From Chiloscyllium plagiosum (lineage: Eukaryota), in the NCBI RefSeq assembly GCF_004010195.1, contig NC_057719.1, forward strand, positions 9,064,333 to 9,119,832: a DNA stretch of 55,500 nucleotides, written 5' to 3'. The notes under the pieces are model-generated. The model made no database searches. It saw nothing but the letters and a program-made list of their open reading frames with translations, and had not been told where the DNA came from. This document shows positions 1 to 13,024 of the stretch, piece after piece (the first letter of the stretch is position 1; the number at the start of each line of letters is the position of its first letter). The position numbers were made by a program, and so were the translations under genes.

Positions 1-379
1 GTAAACATCATTTCAGGCTGCGTATAGGTACGAGAAGGGGTGACCTACTTTCCAAAGCACACATCTATTTCTTCTTTCCCTGCCTTAGTTTAGCTAGCGT
101 CACACAGTAAGCACATAATTCAGATGAAAATGACTTGCTGCAGCTGCGTAGGGCCTGGGTAAGACTGCATTTGGAGAACTGTGTGAATTTTGGGAAATGG
201 TATTGAGATATAAGATAAGCTATGATCGAGTTGAAGGGCTGAGCAGGGCTTGATAAATCTCATTATAGGCATAGGCATCTATAGTGCAGAAAAAGACCCT
301 TCGTCCCATCAAATCTGTGCTCGTCAAAAACAACCACCTAACTATTCAAACCTCTGAACCTTGTATGTCTTGGCACCGT

Positions 380-735
380 GGGCGGCACGGTGGCACAGTG
401 GTTAGCACTGCTGCCTCACAGCGCCAGAGACCCGGGTTCAATTCCCGCCTCAGGCGACCCATCAAATCTGTGCTCGTCAAAAACAACCACCTAACTATTC
501 CAACCTCTGAACCTTGTATGTCTTGGCACCGTGGGCAGCACGGTGGCACAGTGGTTAGCACTGCTGCCTCACAGCGCCAGAGACCCGCAGGTCAGGTGAA
601 TTGGCCACGCTAAATTGTCTGTAGTGTTAGGTAAGGGGTAAATGTAGGGGTATGGGTGGGTTTCGCTTCGGCTGGTCGGTGTGGACTTGTTGGGCCGAAG
701 GGCCTGTTTCCACACCGTAAGTAATCTAATCTAAT
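380..735 (+). mobile_element. HE1-type tRNA SINE with internal templated duplication
   Basis: GGCGGCACGGTGGCACAGTGGTTAGCACTGCTGCCTCACAGCGCCAGAGACCCGGGTTCAATTCC (A/B boxes), CR1-like tail GGCCGAAGGGCCTGTTTCC and (TAATC)n end. Confidence 0.9.
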
Positions 736-739
736 CACA

Positions 740-998
740 AGTGCACATCCAACTGCCTGCAAGTTCCCCTCCAAGCCACTCACCATCCTGGCTTGGCAAA
801 ACATTGCCGTTCCTTCACTGTCACTGGGTTAGAATCCTGTGTAATCCCTCCCTAAGGGCATTGTGGGTCAACCCACAGCAGGTGGACTGCAGCAGTTTAA
901 GAAGGCAGCTCACCCCCACCTTCACAAGGGGCACCTAGGGATGGGCAATAAATACTGCCCAACCGTGATGCCCACATGCCAAGAATGAATAAATAAAA
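740..998 (+). mobile_element. L2/CR1-group LINE 3' fragment
   Basis: CAAGTTCCCCTCCAAGCCACTCACCATCCTG...GGGATGGGCAATAAAT...AATGAATAAA; the same family occurs at 35700-36310 (-) and 47255-47680 (+). Confidence 0.7.
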
Positions 999-1179
999 TG
1001 CTTCTTAAATATTATGAGTATTTCTGCCTCTACCAACCTTCCAGGCAATGAGTTCCAGATTCCCACCATCCTCTCAGTAAAAATGATTTTCCTCCCATCT
1101 CTTCTCAACATTAAATCTATGCCACTTGGTCTTTAATCCCTCCATCGAGGGGAGAAAATTTCTTCTGATCTAACCTACC

Positions 1180-1700
1180 TGTGGGAGATTTGTTAGAACC
1201 AAGGCAGCCATCTTGTCACATACTAAAAGCCTAGAAACCATTTTAAATCTCATATTAGTGTCTGTTTGTTCAGCTTGTACGTTCCCAGGCTCAGTGAGGT
1301 GGTTGACCTCTGCTAATACATGACAGTGAAACTCTTTCCCAGTACGGGAACGTTCTTCTTTTCCAAGAATCTACTGTAATACTAACACTTGCTTATCAGC
1401 TACTAACTAGCACTGCCCAGACACTACATAACTGGGGCTAGTGACTGAGCAAGTAGGCACTTTGCTCATTATACTGCAATTAACAGTTTGCTAATTGTTA
1501 AATGAGTGTAACCTATATAATCACGCAACTCTCTGTATCTCGTCGGAGTGACTTGTGACCATGAGATCGACTTGTCTCTCCCCATGAGCTCATGAATAAA
1601 CAGTCAATAAGTCAAGGTTTATGTGGCATGATTCATTGTTCTTCTAATTTGGACTGCCACGTGCGAGTCACCCACTGCATAATGTATCCCATCCCCAACA
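1180..1700 (+). mobile_element. Solo LTR (521 bp)
   Basis: TG...CA termini (TGTGGG...CCAACA), 5-bp TSD CTACC/TTACC, TATA-like CTATATAA near 1513 and AATAAA near 1595. It interrupts an older LINE fragment. Confidence 0.75.
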
Positions 1701-2147
1701 TTACCTAAGCACCTCATAACTGTACACACCACAATCATGTCCCACTCAATCTCCTCTGCTCTAAGGAAACCAACCACAGTCAGCTCCTGTTCCTGTGACC
1801 AAGCTGCAATCTGTAAGAAGATGAACTGAGGAAGCAACTGCTTTCAATCAACATTGTAAGGCAATTTGGATTCTTTGTCCTCCTGCCATTGAAGGGGATG
1901 GAATGTTTTCCACGTTTTGTGTTAGCTGCTGTCTGATAATTCCTCACCACTGCCACCATGTTGTATGAGCTGGTCGGATTCTTGGCCACAATAAAGTGGA
2001 TTTGGTGCTATCATTTGGGATCAATTGTGGCCGGTTGGTGTATGTTAGAGGAAAGCCCTTGGTGATCTAATGAGAACGGGATCTTGTCCTAATGTAGTTT
2101 ATTGAATGGTAGCTGCTTGGTACAGTTTACAGAGCATGATAGAAGTA

Positions 2148-2515
2148 CAGTGCAACCTCAGTTATTCGAACATCAATTATCCAAATTTCGGATTATCCAA
2201 AGAAGATTTCAAGGTCCCATAAAAATGGCATTAGGCAACGCAGCATTCCGTTATCAATTAAACGGCATTATAACATGTATTGCCGGATAACTGAGAAATG
2301 TTTGATAAGTGGCACTCAAATTATCATTAGTTTATGATAGATCAGTTATTGGCTCAATGGCATTCCGGTGTGCATTGTCGGATAACTGAGAAAGGTTTGG
2401 ATAACCGGCACTCATAAATTACTACTTGTTCAGGAAGAGGTTTGTTATCCGAACAATCAATGATCCGACCAAAATACTCCCTGTCCAACTCGTTCGGATA
2501 ATTGAGGTTCTACTG
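2148..2515. mobile_element. Tc1/mariner-pogo (Tigger-like) MITE
   Basis: TIRs CAGTGCAACCTCAGTTATTCGAAC / GTTCGGATAATTGAGGTTCTACTG flanked by TA on both sides. Confidence 0.85.
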
Positions 2516-2984
2516 TAATTGTTACGAAGACTAGTGAGCAATTGAGATAGATGAGACGTCTGTCTACCTAGAGATCCAAAGATGTTCTCGCTACCAAGAC
2601 CTTATGTCATCACTGTACCAGGCTGAAGTTACTCCTCAATATTCATTCTTTGAGAACCAAAAATCTCATCCAACATCAGCCTTGGGTACACACTGGCTGC
2701 AGTGACAAGCTATGATTCTGTAAAATGGACTACCTTTGGACAGGAGCATTGAAAATCAGTCATGTCCGATCTCCACGATTAAGTTCACCCGATGCTTCCT
2801 GAGAGTGCCACATCCTTGAAATCTCTCTGACCACTTATTGACAGTTTTCCCCAAACTCCTGCACCAAGGTTGAGTAACATAACTTCCATTCGAAACAAAT
2901 CAGATGAGATGCTCATGTGAGGAAAGGTCTTGCAACAATCCCTGCTACAGGGACAATGCACTTTATAAACTCACAGGACTGTTG

Positions 2985-3500
2985 TAACAGGATGTTATTA
3001 AACTGGAAAAGGTGCAAAAAAGATTTACAAGTATGTTACCAAGACTGTAGGGTTTGATTACAAGGAGAGGCTATGTAAGTTGGAACATCTTTTTTTTTTC
3101 CCTGGAGCATCAGAGACTGAGAGGTGACCCTATAGAGGTTTATAAAAATAAGGAGGGGCATGGATAGGGCAAATAGACAAAGTCTCTTCCCTGGGATGGG
3201 GGAGTCCAGAACTAGAGGGCATAGGTTTAAGGTGAGAGGGGAAAGATTTTAAAAGGGATCTAAAAGGGGCAACGTTTTCACACACAGGGTGGTATATATA
3301 AATATATATGGAAGGAGCTGACAGAGGAAGTGGTACAATTACAACATGTGAAAGACATTTGGCCAGATACATGGACAAGAAGGATTTAGAGAGGTAAGGG
3401 CCAAATGCAGACAAATGGAACCATTTCAGTTTAGGAAACCTGGTAAGCATGGACAGGTTGGGCTGAAGGGCCTCCTTCCATGCTGTATGACTATGACTGT
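2985..3500 (+). mobile_element. CR1 (HER1-like) LINE 3' end
   Basis: Degenerate ORF2 C-terminus (..LEKVQKRFT..LRGD..), 3' UTR GGGCTGAAGGGCC and (TATGAC)n tail. Confidence 0.9.
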
Positions 3501-3504
3501 AGGC

Positions 3505-4910
3505 AGGCAAGTCTCCAGGACCTGATGGCCTGCATCCAAGAATTTTAAAGGGAGTGGACTGCAGGAGATAGTGGGGGCATAGGTCTAAACATTTCAGAAC
3601 TCATTGGATTCTGAGAGGGTTCAAGATTGGAAAACCACCCGTGTGACACCTCTGTTTAAGAAGGGAGGGAGATAGAAAGCACAAAACTATAGACCCGTTA
3701 GCCTACCACTTGCTGTTAGGAAAATGCCAGAGTCCATTATTAAGGAAGAAATAGCAAGACATTTCACAAAGCCAGAGTGACTTCACCTGATGAAGGAGCT
3801 GTGCTTCAAAAGCTTGTGATTTCAAATAAACCTGTTTGACCGTAACCTGGTATCATGCGACACCTGACTTTGTCCACCCCAGTCCAGCACCGGCATCTCC
3901 ACATCAAAATCAAACAGAGTCAACATGGTTTTGTGAAAGAGAAATCATATTTGGCAAATTTGCTGGAGTCCTTTCAGCATTCAGAAAGCAGATTTGATGA
4001 AAGGTAACCTGTAGATTTCATTTATTTGGAGTTCCAGATAAAGTGCCACAAAAAAAGACTTGTTGGATTAGCATGTTTGGATTGAGGATTGGTTAACACA
4101 CAGAAGATGATGAGTTGGGATTAGTGGGCTTTTTTTCAGGTTGGAAAGGCGTAACTAGTGGGGTGCCACAAGGATCAGACATAATTTACTATCTATCTTA
4201 ATGGTTTGGATGAGGAGGCAGAGTGCGATGTATCCATTTTCTGATGATAGAAGTGTAAGTGGGAGGGCCTGAGGATAGAAGGAATTGGCAAGGGGTAATG
4301 GATAAGTTGAGTCAATTGTACCAAATCCCATCAGATAGAGTTTAATGTAGGAAGGTGTGAGATCCTACTCTATGCTAAGAAGTATCAAAACGTGGACAAT
4401 TATTTCAGTGAAGATAGACTCAAGGAAGAGTAGCACAAAGGGATCTGAATGTTCTTGTTCATAAAACAAAAAAAGTTGACATGTAGGTGCAGCAAGTAAG
4501 TATGAAAGCCAATGGAATTTGGCTTTTATTGCAAGGCAGTTGGAGTTTAAAAATAGGAAAGTCTTATTACATACTGTTCAGGGTGTGGCTGAGACTGCAC
4601 TCAAAGTACTGTGTACAGTTTGGTCTCCATGCTTAAGAAAGGATACACTAGCATGGGAGGTGGTTCAAAGGAGATTCACATATCTGGATCCTGGTGCTGC
4701 CTCACCAAGAATGGCTAACCAGGTTAGACCTTTATTCATGCAACTTCAGAAGAATGAGGGGTGGTCTGATTGAAACATACGAGATTCTGAGGAGACTTGA
4801 CAGTGTAGATGTTGAGAAGATGTTTCCACCAGTTGGGGAGACTTGAACAGAGGGATATATAGTCATAGAGTTCAGAGAACACTCACTTAAAAGTGAAATT
4901 TCAAGTCGAA
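3505..4910 (+). mobile_element. Old CR1 LINE reverse-transcriptase fragment
   Basis: Decayed motifs SPGPDG, NYRPVSL, SGVPQGS, VQRRFT; interrupted by a PLE insert at about 3775-3906. Confidence 0.85.
3775..3906 (+). mobile_element. Short Penelope-like terminal fragment with degenerate hammerhead core
   Basis: CACCTGATGAAGGAGCTGTGCTTCAAAAGC; related copies at 38225-38428, 43328-43447 and 52235-52305. Confidence 0.6.
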
Positions 4911-6049
4911 GGTCGATGTTACATAGGAACAGGTGGAGGCCATTCAGCCCCTCAACCTTGTTCCATCATTCAATAGGACCATGGCTGAGCTGTGGTCTAA
5001 CTCCCTATACCTGCATTTGGCCCACATTCCTGAATACTTTTGCTGAACTAAAGGTATCCATCTCTGATTTGAAATTAACAACTGATCCAGCATCCACTTA
5101 GTGGAAGAGAGTTCCCGACCTCTCACACTCTGTGTGTAGATGTGCTTCCTAATATCTCTCCTGAAACAGTCTGACCCTAATTGTTAGACCAGAAGGAGAA
5201 GGGGAACAAGTGATAAGGAGCAAAGGTAGGTCTGTGGTACACCATAGGTCACTGGCTGGTGGGGAAGTCTGGAGGGGCTGAAAGGTCTCTTGCTGTTGTC
5301 CCAATGCAATGCTCTCCGAGACACAAAGAAAAGTTACCCTCCTTTAAATGAGACGAGTGGCTAGGCGTGTGGAGCTGATGTATAGACGATCAGCCTTTTC
5401 CTGACAGTGCCACAGCCTGAGTATTTTCAGCCCTTTTCCTTTCGGATTAACCTCGTCGAAAATTCAATTATAAGTCCTTGGAGTCTTATAACGAATCACC
5501 AGCTGAAGTTAGACAAGGCTAACCCTGCCAATACCTTCAGGTTTCTAATCAAATTGAAAGATTTCAGATGCCTCCATCCGTGAGAACTATTTGAGCGGAA
5601 AAAGAAAAAGAAACCATCTTTTTAAAAGTCCACTCAGTGATAAAAACTTACTTATTTGCAGGCAAAGAAAGGAGATTGGGCAACTACATTCCCTGCTCAT
5701 GATGAATACCTGAGTGAGCGGCAGTGACCACATTGTGTTGGTGGAAGCTGTTTCACCCCTTGACTGGCAAGTTTGTTTATTTTACAAGTGGTCAATGTAA
5801 TCCTGGATTGGTTTTAAACAGAGCTTTTAGAGTGAAAGTGTTATGTAAAACAGGGTACTCAAAAATAAAGTTCAAAAGGTTAGGAAACAAAGAAATAAGA
5901 AAAATCTCATTTATTTTTAAGAAGCTTGGCTCATACCCATGCTCAGAGAGTGTAGCATAGCTTCTACTGTAGGTGAGTTTTAACGTATCGTTCAGCTTCC
6001 TTGGGCTGAGGTTGACAGGCCTTTCTTTAACAATGGGGGGGGGGGGGAG

Positions 6050-6673
6050 TGTGACTGAGCCAGCGGCCATCTTGGATCATGGACAAGATTTGAGGGCAGC
6101 AGTTGTGCCTCTCCCATTCTGCCCATCCCAACTCAGGGTGAGGGTGAAGGATAGCAGAGTTCCCTCGTGCCCTGGTGGGACACAACTGGTCAAACCACTC
6201 GGCTTTAAGCAAAACAAGCATTTAGTTAAACACCACAGTTGAAATACGAGCAAAAGAAACTGGAATTTGGAATGACGTAACTATTGGCAAACGTAACTGA
6301 ATACTCGACAAAATAACTTAACTAACTAACTGTTTCGATATGGTAACACCCCATCAACCCACCCCTTGGCAACAAAGGTACATTCAAACAGATTCTTACA
6401 GACAGGAGGGAACAACAGCCAGAGAGAGATTTCAGAGAAAATCAGTTAGGAATCTTTTACTGAAGCTTGCAACCCTTCTGGTACTCACAACATCTTGTGA
6501 CTACTCCAGCTAAAACAAGCTAGGTAAACTTGAACTGGGAGAACTAGCCATATTGTTAAACTGTTTTAAAAAAAAAACTTGTCCCCTAGACGCTTGGTCA
6601 CCTCTGCCTTTATGACCGTGCTTCCAAAAAACCCAGGACAAAATAACTTTGTTAAATTGTCAGCATTATTACA
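6050..6673 (-). mobile_element. Probable solo LTR
   Basis: TGTGAC...ATTACA termini and LTR-like composition; no clear TSD. Confidence 0.35.
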
Positions 6674-8914
6674 AAGGCCGTTATGTAAAGAATGAAAGTG
6701 CCTTTTCTTTGATAGCCCTGTGATAGCTAGGTTTATTCTTATCCCAATTGTTGTTGCCTGATTCTCTTTTGCCTTTTCACACATTCCTCCACTAGTTCTA
6801 ATCCTGGCTCTGAAGTGGGTGCAGAAATGAAAAAACGAAAGATATTCAAAACTCTTGTTCCTTCTGTAATTGTGTCAATTGAAAGGAAGAAAAAGATGTT
6901 CAGTAGGAAAGACAGCTGATCTACACAAAATAATATAAGCCCATTGTGCCTGTATTGGCTCTTTGAAAGAGTTATTGAACAGTGCTATTTCCTTCCCCAC
7001 AGCCTTGTCAATGATTCCTTCCTATATTATGTAATCCAATTCCCTCAGCTCCTGGAGAAAACATCCAGTTAGAATCCTGTGCTGTTCCTGTAACAGTTGC
7101 AGAGCTTTCCCATTGCTTAAGTGCATGGTGAGATCCCACAGTCAGTTTCTCCCTCCCATCCCAACGATCCTGTTGTGCACCATCTTTATCTCTCTTCACC
7201 ATTGCTCACATTTTGCATCATTCCTTTAGGTGGGAAGAATTTGTTCTGCCGCTTTCTGAGAGCTGAGGTCTTGGCTTGGTCAGTGGAGGAGGATGTATCT
7301 TGTAGGACGTTACGATAGGGGAGGAGGGAGGGAGGGAGACAGGAGAAAGTCAACATCAGCAGGGGAATGGAGTGAGCAATAGCTGCCCGCTGCCTCATAC
7401 ACACAAGGGGAATGCTGCTTCCGTTACCTACAGAGCTTGTCTGGTTCTGTCCGGCAATACCCAAACCACTCCCCTCTGCCTCCAATAAATGCTGCAAGAG
7501 AAGTCAAATCACACCCTGGGGTGGAATATGATGCTCAAGTCCAATACAAGAACTGGTGGCAGGGGCACACTTAATCAGGGGGTGGATGCTTTTAGCAGTG
7601 GACCCCATCCAATTCCTGACCTGTACCCCTTGGCAGGAAGGCCTAAAGATGTCTAATTAAGCCATTGCATGGGCGGTTAATGACTGATCAAGGGCCCCAC
7701 TCTACCTACCCCTGTTACTGGCATTCACCCAGTTATTGGCAGGCACTCATCCTCTCTTACAAAGACATTCAGTGCCTGATGGAGCATTGGGAAGGGGTGA
7801 GTCACAGAGTTAATTACAACCCATCCCTTCTGTCCTTGATGCAGACCACCCTGCAGCTCCTCCTCCTGCCCTTTTGACCTCCTCTCCCACCAGTATTCAC
7901 CAAGGCCTCATTTAGATGTCATCCTGCCAGCAACCATCACCTCCCAACTGACACCACCCCCCCCCCCCAACCCTTTCATAGCCCAAAGGGGAATCTGCCC
8001 CAGGATTCTTGATCGGTGTTAGGCCCATCCCTGACCTAGCAATACTGCAGGCTGCTCTGAAAAAAGGTGCATGGGACTCTTTCCATTTAGCACTAGACAC
8101 CATTATGGTGACCACCTACCTCTAAGTGAAACACTGGAAGAAATGGAAACGTTTGGACAATTTCTAGATTAAACAAGGTTAACTGAAGGTGAAAGCAACA
8201 GTTTAATGTGAGCTGTAAGCCATCTGCTGATTACAAAGTCATGTGACTTTGGAAAAAGAGCCAAACAATGCTTTTAGGGAGATAGATAAGCTTGGATTTA
8301 TTGCTTCAATTGTTGCAAAACCTAATTGGCAGAGGCTGTTGGTCCTTGTGTCTTGCAACCTTTCTGGTTTTTGGTTTCTGTTTTAAAAGGTAAGGAGTCT
8401 GAAAGGGGAACAAAAAGGTCTCCAAAGTGAATGCAAATCTCTCACTTTCCTGTGATTCTCTCTTAGTTGAAGTATTTAGGAACCTGATAAAGTTCCGCAT
8501 TTCGGATTCTTGACTTCCTTGTAAAGCCTGAAAATCTGAATTGTGATCACCTTCCAAGGAACATGGAACAGTTTGGTTTTCATGAGAATTGAAACTTTGT
8601 TTGGAAGACCTTCCATCAGTCCATGGCTGTAAGCAAATCGATTTCATCAACAAGAAATCCGGTATACTATGAGCATTCATTAAATTCTAATGTCTATTTC
8701 TCAGGCAATTGGGCAATAAGAGTTATTTATTTTCTTTTTTCACTTCTTAAATTACAACCTCTGCAGTCTTGTGTTGTCCTTGGTGTTGTATCGGTGTTCG
8801 TTTTGGGATTAGAAAAGGGCATAGTTCTAATTCCAGATGCTTGCTTGTTTACCAGCTTTGCCACTTGTTTTTAGAAATGAGCTTTGTTTTAGATTTTCAA
8901 ACTCATTAAATCAT

Positions 8915-9265
8915 ATCACAGAATCCTTACAGTGTTGAAGCAGGCCATTCAGCCCCTTCTGTTAACATCGACCCTCTGAGTTACATCCCACCCAGATACA
9001 CCTCCTTATCCGATCCCTGTAACTCTGCATATCCTATGGTGCATCCATCTAGCCTACACATCTCTGGACATTATGGGCAATTGCCAATGTCCAATCCACC
9101 TAACCTGCACATCTTTGGATTGTGAGAGGAAACCGGAGCACCCGGAGGAAACCTACGCAGGCATGGGGAGAATGTGCAAACTCCACACAGTCAGTCGCCT
9201 GAGGGCAGAATTGAACCTGGGTCCCTGGCACTGTGAGGCAGCAGTGCTAACAACCGAGCCATCGT
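8915..9265 (-). mobile_element. HE1-type SINE
   Basis: Reverse complement of the HE1 head and body (GGCAGCAGTGCTAAC, GGAGAATGTGCAAACTCCACAC). Confidence 0.9.
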
Positions 9266-9614
9266 ACTGAAACCTCATGAGTGTTTCTTTTATTCTGGAA
9301 AGCAGCACAAAAGGGGAAACAAGAGGCCATTTTGGTGATTGAGTCAAAACATTCATTTTAACTGTGGCTCGTGGGATAGTGGGGTTTGATTATTAGCATA
9401 TGGGTCCCATTACAGTCATAACAGCCTGCACCACCATTAAACACCACCATTATGCTCTTTTTAATCTTTCCTAAGCAAAAACATCACCTTATTTCTATTT
9501 AAAGCTCACTACATTTCAAATATAGTGATTCACAGCATGAAGCAATTTAAGATGTTTTAATGAAGTGCTAAGGCAAGCATATAGAGGTCTTACAGATACT
9601 GCAAATAAAGGGTA

Positions 9615-10215
9615 TCTGACTCACACACAGTCATCCCTCTTAGACACACCTGTCTCTCACATACATTCACCTCTCCCACAGATACACACTCGCCTCTCAC
9701 ACACATGTCCCACAGAAACACTTACCTCTCACACATGCACTCACCTTGCTCACACATGCACAGTCACCTCCCTCATACATTCTCTCTCTCACACATTGAT
9801 TGAATTCTTTCACACACATTCTTACCCCTCTCAAACACCTCTCACACACAACTCTCGCACACAGACACACACACACCTCTCCCACAGATATTCACCTCTC
9901 TCTGACAAACACAATAGCTTCTTTCATGCACATTCACCTGTCTCAACACACATTCTCTCACACACACTTCTCACTTACATATACTCACTGCTCCCACACG
10001 CTCACCTGTCCCCCATATGCACTCACACACTGAGACCCCACACTCTCACACAGACACTCACTTCTCTTGCACACATACTTGCCTCTTTTGCACACACTTA
10101 CCTTGCTCTCACACATACTCACCTCTCACTCACATCTCTTCCTAACACACCAGCTTCTCTCATGCATATTGATCTGTCTCACACTTGCACTTTCTCACAA
10201 GCACAGACACATGTC
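9615..10215. repeat. Degenerate (CA/CT)-rich low-complexity tract
   Basis: Repeated CACACACT/CTCTCAC; this explains the His/Thr-rich ORFs. Confidence 0.9.
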
Positions 10216-11324
10216 TCTATTACAACCTAGATGCAGTGGAGTCCATTTGAATGTGAATCTGACTGACCAGGCTGGAAAGGGTTAAGTGTCGCTCTGAAAA
10301 CTACATGAATCAACACCCATCTAAACAGCTTACACAATATCACACTGTGCCTTGGCAGTGCTCAGCACCTCAGACACACAGCTGAAGGAAGCATGACAAT
10401 TGTGTTCATTGAGAATTCAGTCATCATTCTGTCCATCTTCTGGGAAAGTTCACTCAGTACGTCAAGCTGTGAACAGTGCAGGATGTTCTGTTGTTACTGA
10501 TTGATGTCCTGGTGACGTCAATCCAACCCCCAGGACAGTGGGATTATGGGAAAGCAGTTACTGACAAGACTGCTTGCTGAGCAAGGGAAAGGAGCATAAT
10601 CGTACAAGCCTCAGAAACAACTTAATTCCCAGTCGGCACACTGAATGGTCAGGATAATACACCTCACTTCACATTTCTCAAGATCCAGATGCCACAGTCC
10701 AAAGCCAAACCCTTAACAGTTCAGAACTTTGTGGGGTGACCACTGCTTCATTTAAAAGGAGGGTCAAAACCTTGTTGCATTTATATAGCAACTTTAACTT
10801 CATAAAATGTCCCAAGGCACTTCAAAGCAGTGTTTACAAACAAAATCTGACGGAGAGTAACATCAAAACAGTAGCCCAAAGGTTTGCTCACAGATGGAGG
10901 GAGAAACAAGCCATAGTTCCCTGTTTGCCCCTAACCCTTGACTCCCATGTCTATCAAAAATCTGTTCAACTCAACCTTGAATAAATTCATTGACCCTGTC
11001 TCCACCACCTTCGAAGGATGAAGATCCCTGAGATTAATAACCTTCTGAGAGGAAACATCTCCAATTCGGTTTTAAAAAGGACACCCCAAATTTTCAAACT
11101 GTGTCCCCTTACTCCGAACTCCTAAATGAGGGGGAAGACCCTCTCTGTGTCCATTCTATCAATTCCCCCTCAAGATCTTATCTTTTTCAAATAGATCATC
11201 ACTCAGTCTTCTCCACCACTGCAGTAAGGAAGACCAAACCTTTCATCTCTGGAATGTTCCTTTGACAGGACGATGTCAGTCAATGAGCTGGAGATGTGGT
11301 GGGATTCACAATAGCACTCATAGG

Positions 11325-11720
11325 AATGTCGGAGGCTGAGGGGTGACCTTATAGAGGTTTATAAAATCATGAGGGGCACGGATAGGGTAAATAGACAACG
11401 TGTTTTTCCTGGGCTGGAGGGAGTCCAAAAATAGAAAGCATAAGTTTAAGGTGAGAGGGGAAAGATATAAAAGGGAACTAAAGTGCAACTCTTTCATGCA
11501 GAGGGTGGTACGTGAATGGAATGAGCTGCCAGAGGAAGTAGTGAAGACTGGTACAATTACAACGTTTAAAAGGTATTTGGATGGGTATATGAATAGGAAG
11601 GGTTTGGAAGGATATGGCCCAAGTGCTGGGAAATGGCTCAAGATTAGTTTAGGATATCTGGTCGGCATGGACGAGTCAGCCCAAAGGGTCTGTTTCCATG
11701 CTGTGTGACTCTATGATTCC
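11325..11720 (+). mobile_element. CR1 LINE 3' end
   Basis: RLRGDLIEVYKIMRG...VVREWNELPEEVV, CR1 3' UTR. Confidence 0.92.
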
Positions 11721-13024
11721 AGTATGTTTTTTTTGTGTCGAGGGTTTGAATTCAGCAACTCATCATGGTTGTAACCAAGGATATTTCTTCAAACAAGGAG
11801 TGTCACGTCACACAAACTGTAGGGGTAAAATCAACCCCTGTCATAGAGATGTATAGCATGGAAACAGACCCTTCGGTCCAACTCATCCCTGCTGACCAGA
11901 TATCCTGAACTAATCTAGTCCCGCTTGGCCAACATGTGGAGGGACCCATGCTAGCCCACCAGGCCCATGATGGAACACTGAACGAGAAGGACTGTATAGT
12001 TGGACACTCTATTTTTCTGCCTTCATGTTCTATATTTCAGCTTATTTTTCTGTGTTTTAAAATAGCACTGGAGAGTGGCAACACTATACATCACTTTCCA
12101 CTGTATTTTGTAACAAGACACACGTGACAATAAATAAATCAAACAAAATAAAATGTGACTCCAGACCCACAGCAATGAGCTTGGCTCCTGACTCCTCCCT
12201 GAGCAAGCCGTTCAGCCTCAAGTTGCAATTACAGATGGACAACAGATGCTGGCCTCGCCTTCAACAAATGCACCTCATGGAATATTAAGGAAAATAAGCA
12301 CTGAGGGCTCGAAAGGATAGGGTAGAAGCTGTCACAAATCAAACCATGAGAGCAACACTTAGCTAGCATTGACCACAAGAAAGGGAAATAGTTATTTCTG
12401 TTTCGAAGTCCTGAAGCTCCTTTGAAAAAAAGACTTCAATCCTGCTCATCACTTTCACATTCCACTTAGCTCTGTGGCAGTTTTAATACCACAGTCTCTT
12501 AATTGGTTCCTATGGGTATAACAATGAGTAGAACCCTCCAACGTAGCTTCCTGAGCACTGGGCCTGGGCTGTACTGACTTCAATGCAGCTGGGCAGAGTG
12601 TAAATTGCCAATAGGGTTAGTCTAAAAAGCAGCTTCGGCATCTAACATCTAACCGTCGCTGCCACCCTCATTTATGAGTTCCGAATGATAAGATTCTTGC
12701 ACTCACACACAATTTTGTCGCTGTAAAATAATTCACATAAGCTGAAATGTTTACCACTTTCATAAGTGGAATCGGTGGCCATTTTGGAAACAGTTGGGAA
12801 GCTCTCCCTGGGTTTCCAGGCCAACCCCTGTATTTGTCCCATCATTCAAATGAGAAGCCGGAATGATCACGCTGGTGTTTGTGGGACCTCGCAATTCACA
12901 AAGTGCATTTCCCCCATTAATACAGCAGCTAGGTGTCACTACCTGAATGGTGCTAACGTGAATGATAAATACTGTCCATGTGTTCTTCTTGTCCCTCTCA
13001 GAATGAAAAGACAAGAGGAAACCT

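Noticed and set aside
380..455. tRNA gene
   Set aside because: It is the tRNA-derived head of an HE1 SINE and continues into SINE body and tail.
9565..10285. His/Thr-rich ORFs (also the Cys/Val-rich ORFs at 21686-22200 and 45600-46652)
   Set aside because: Products of CA/GT low-complexity tracts.
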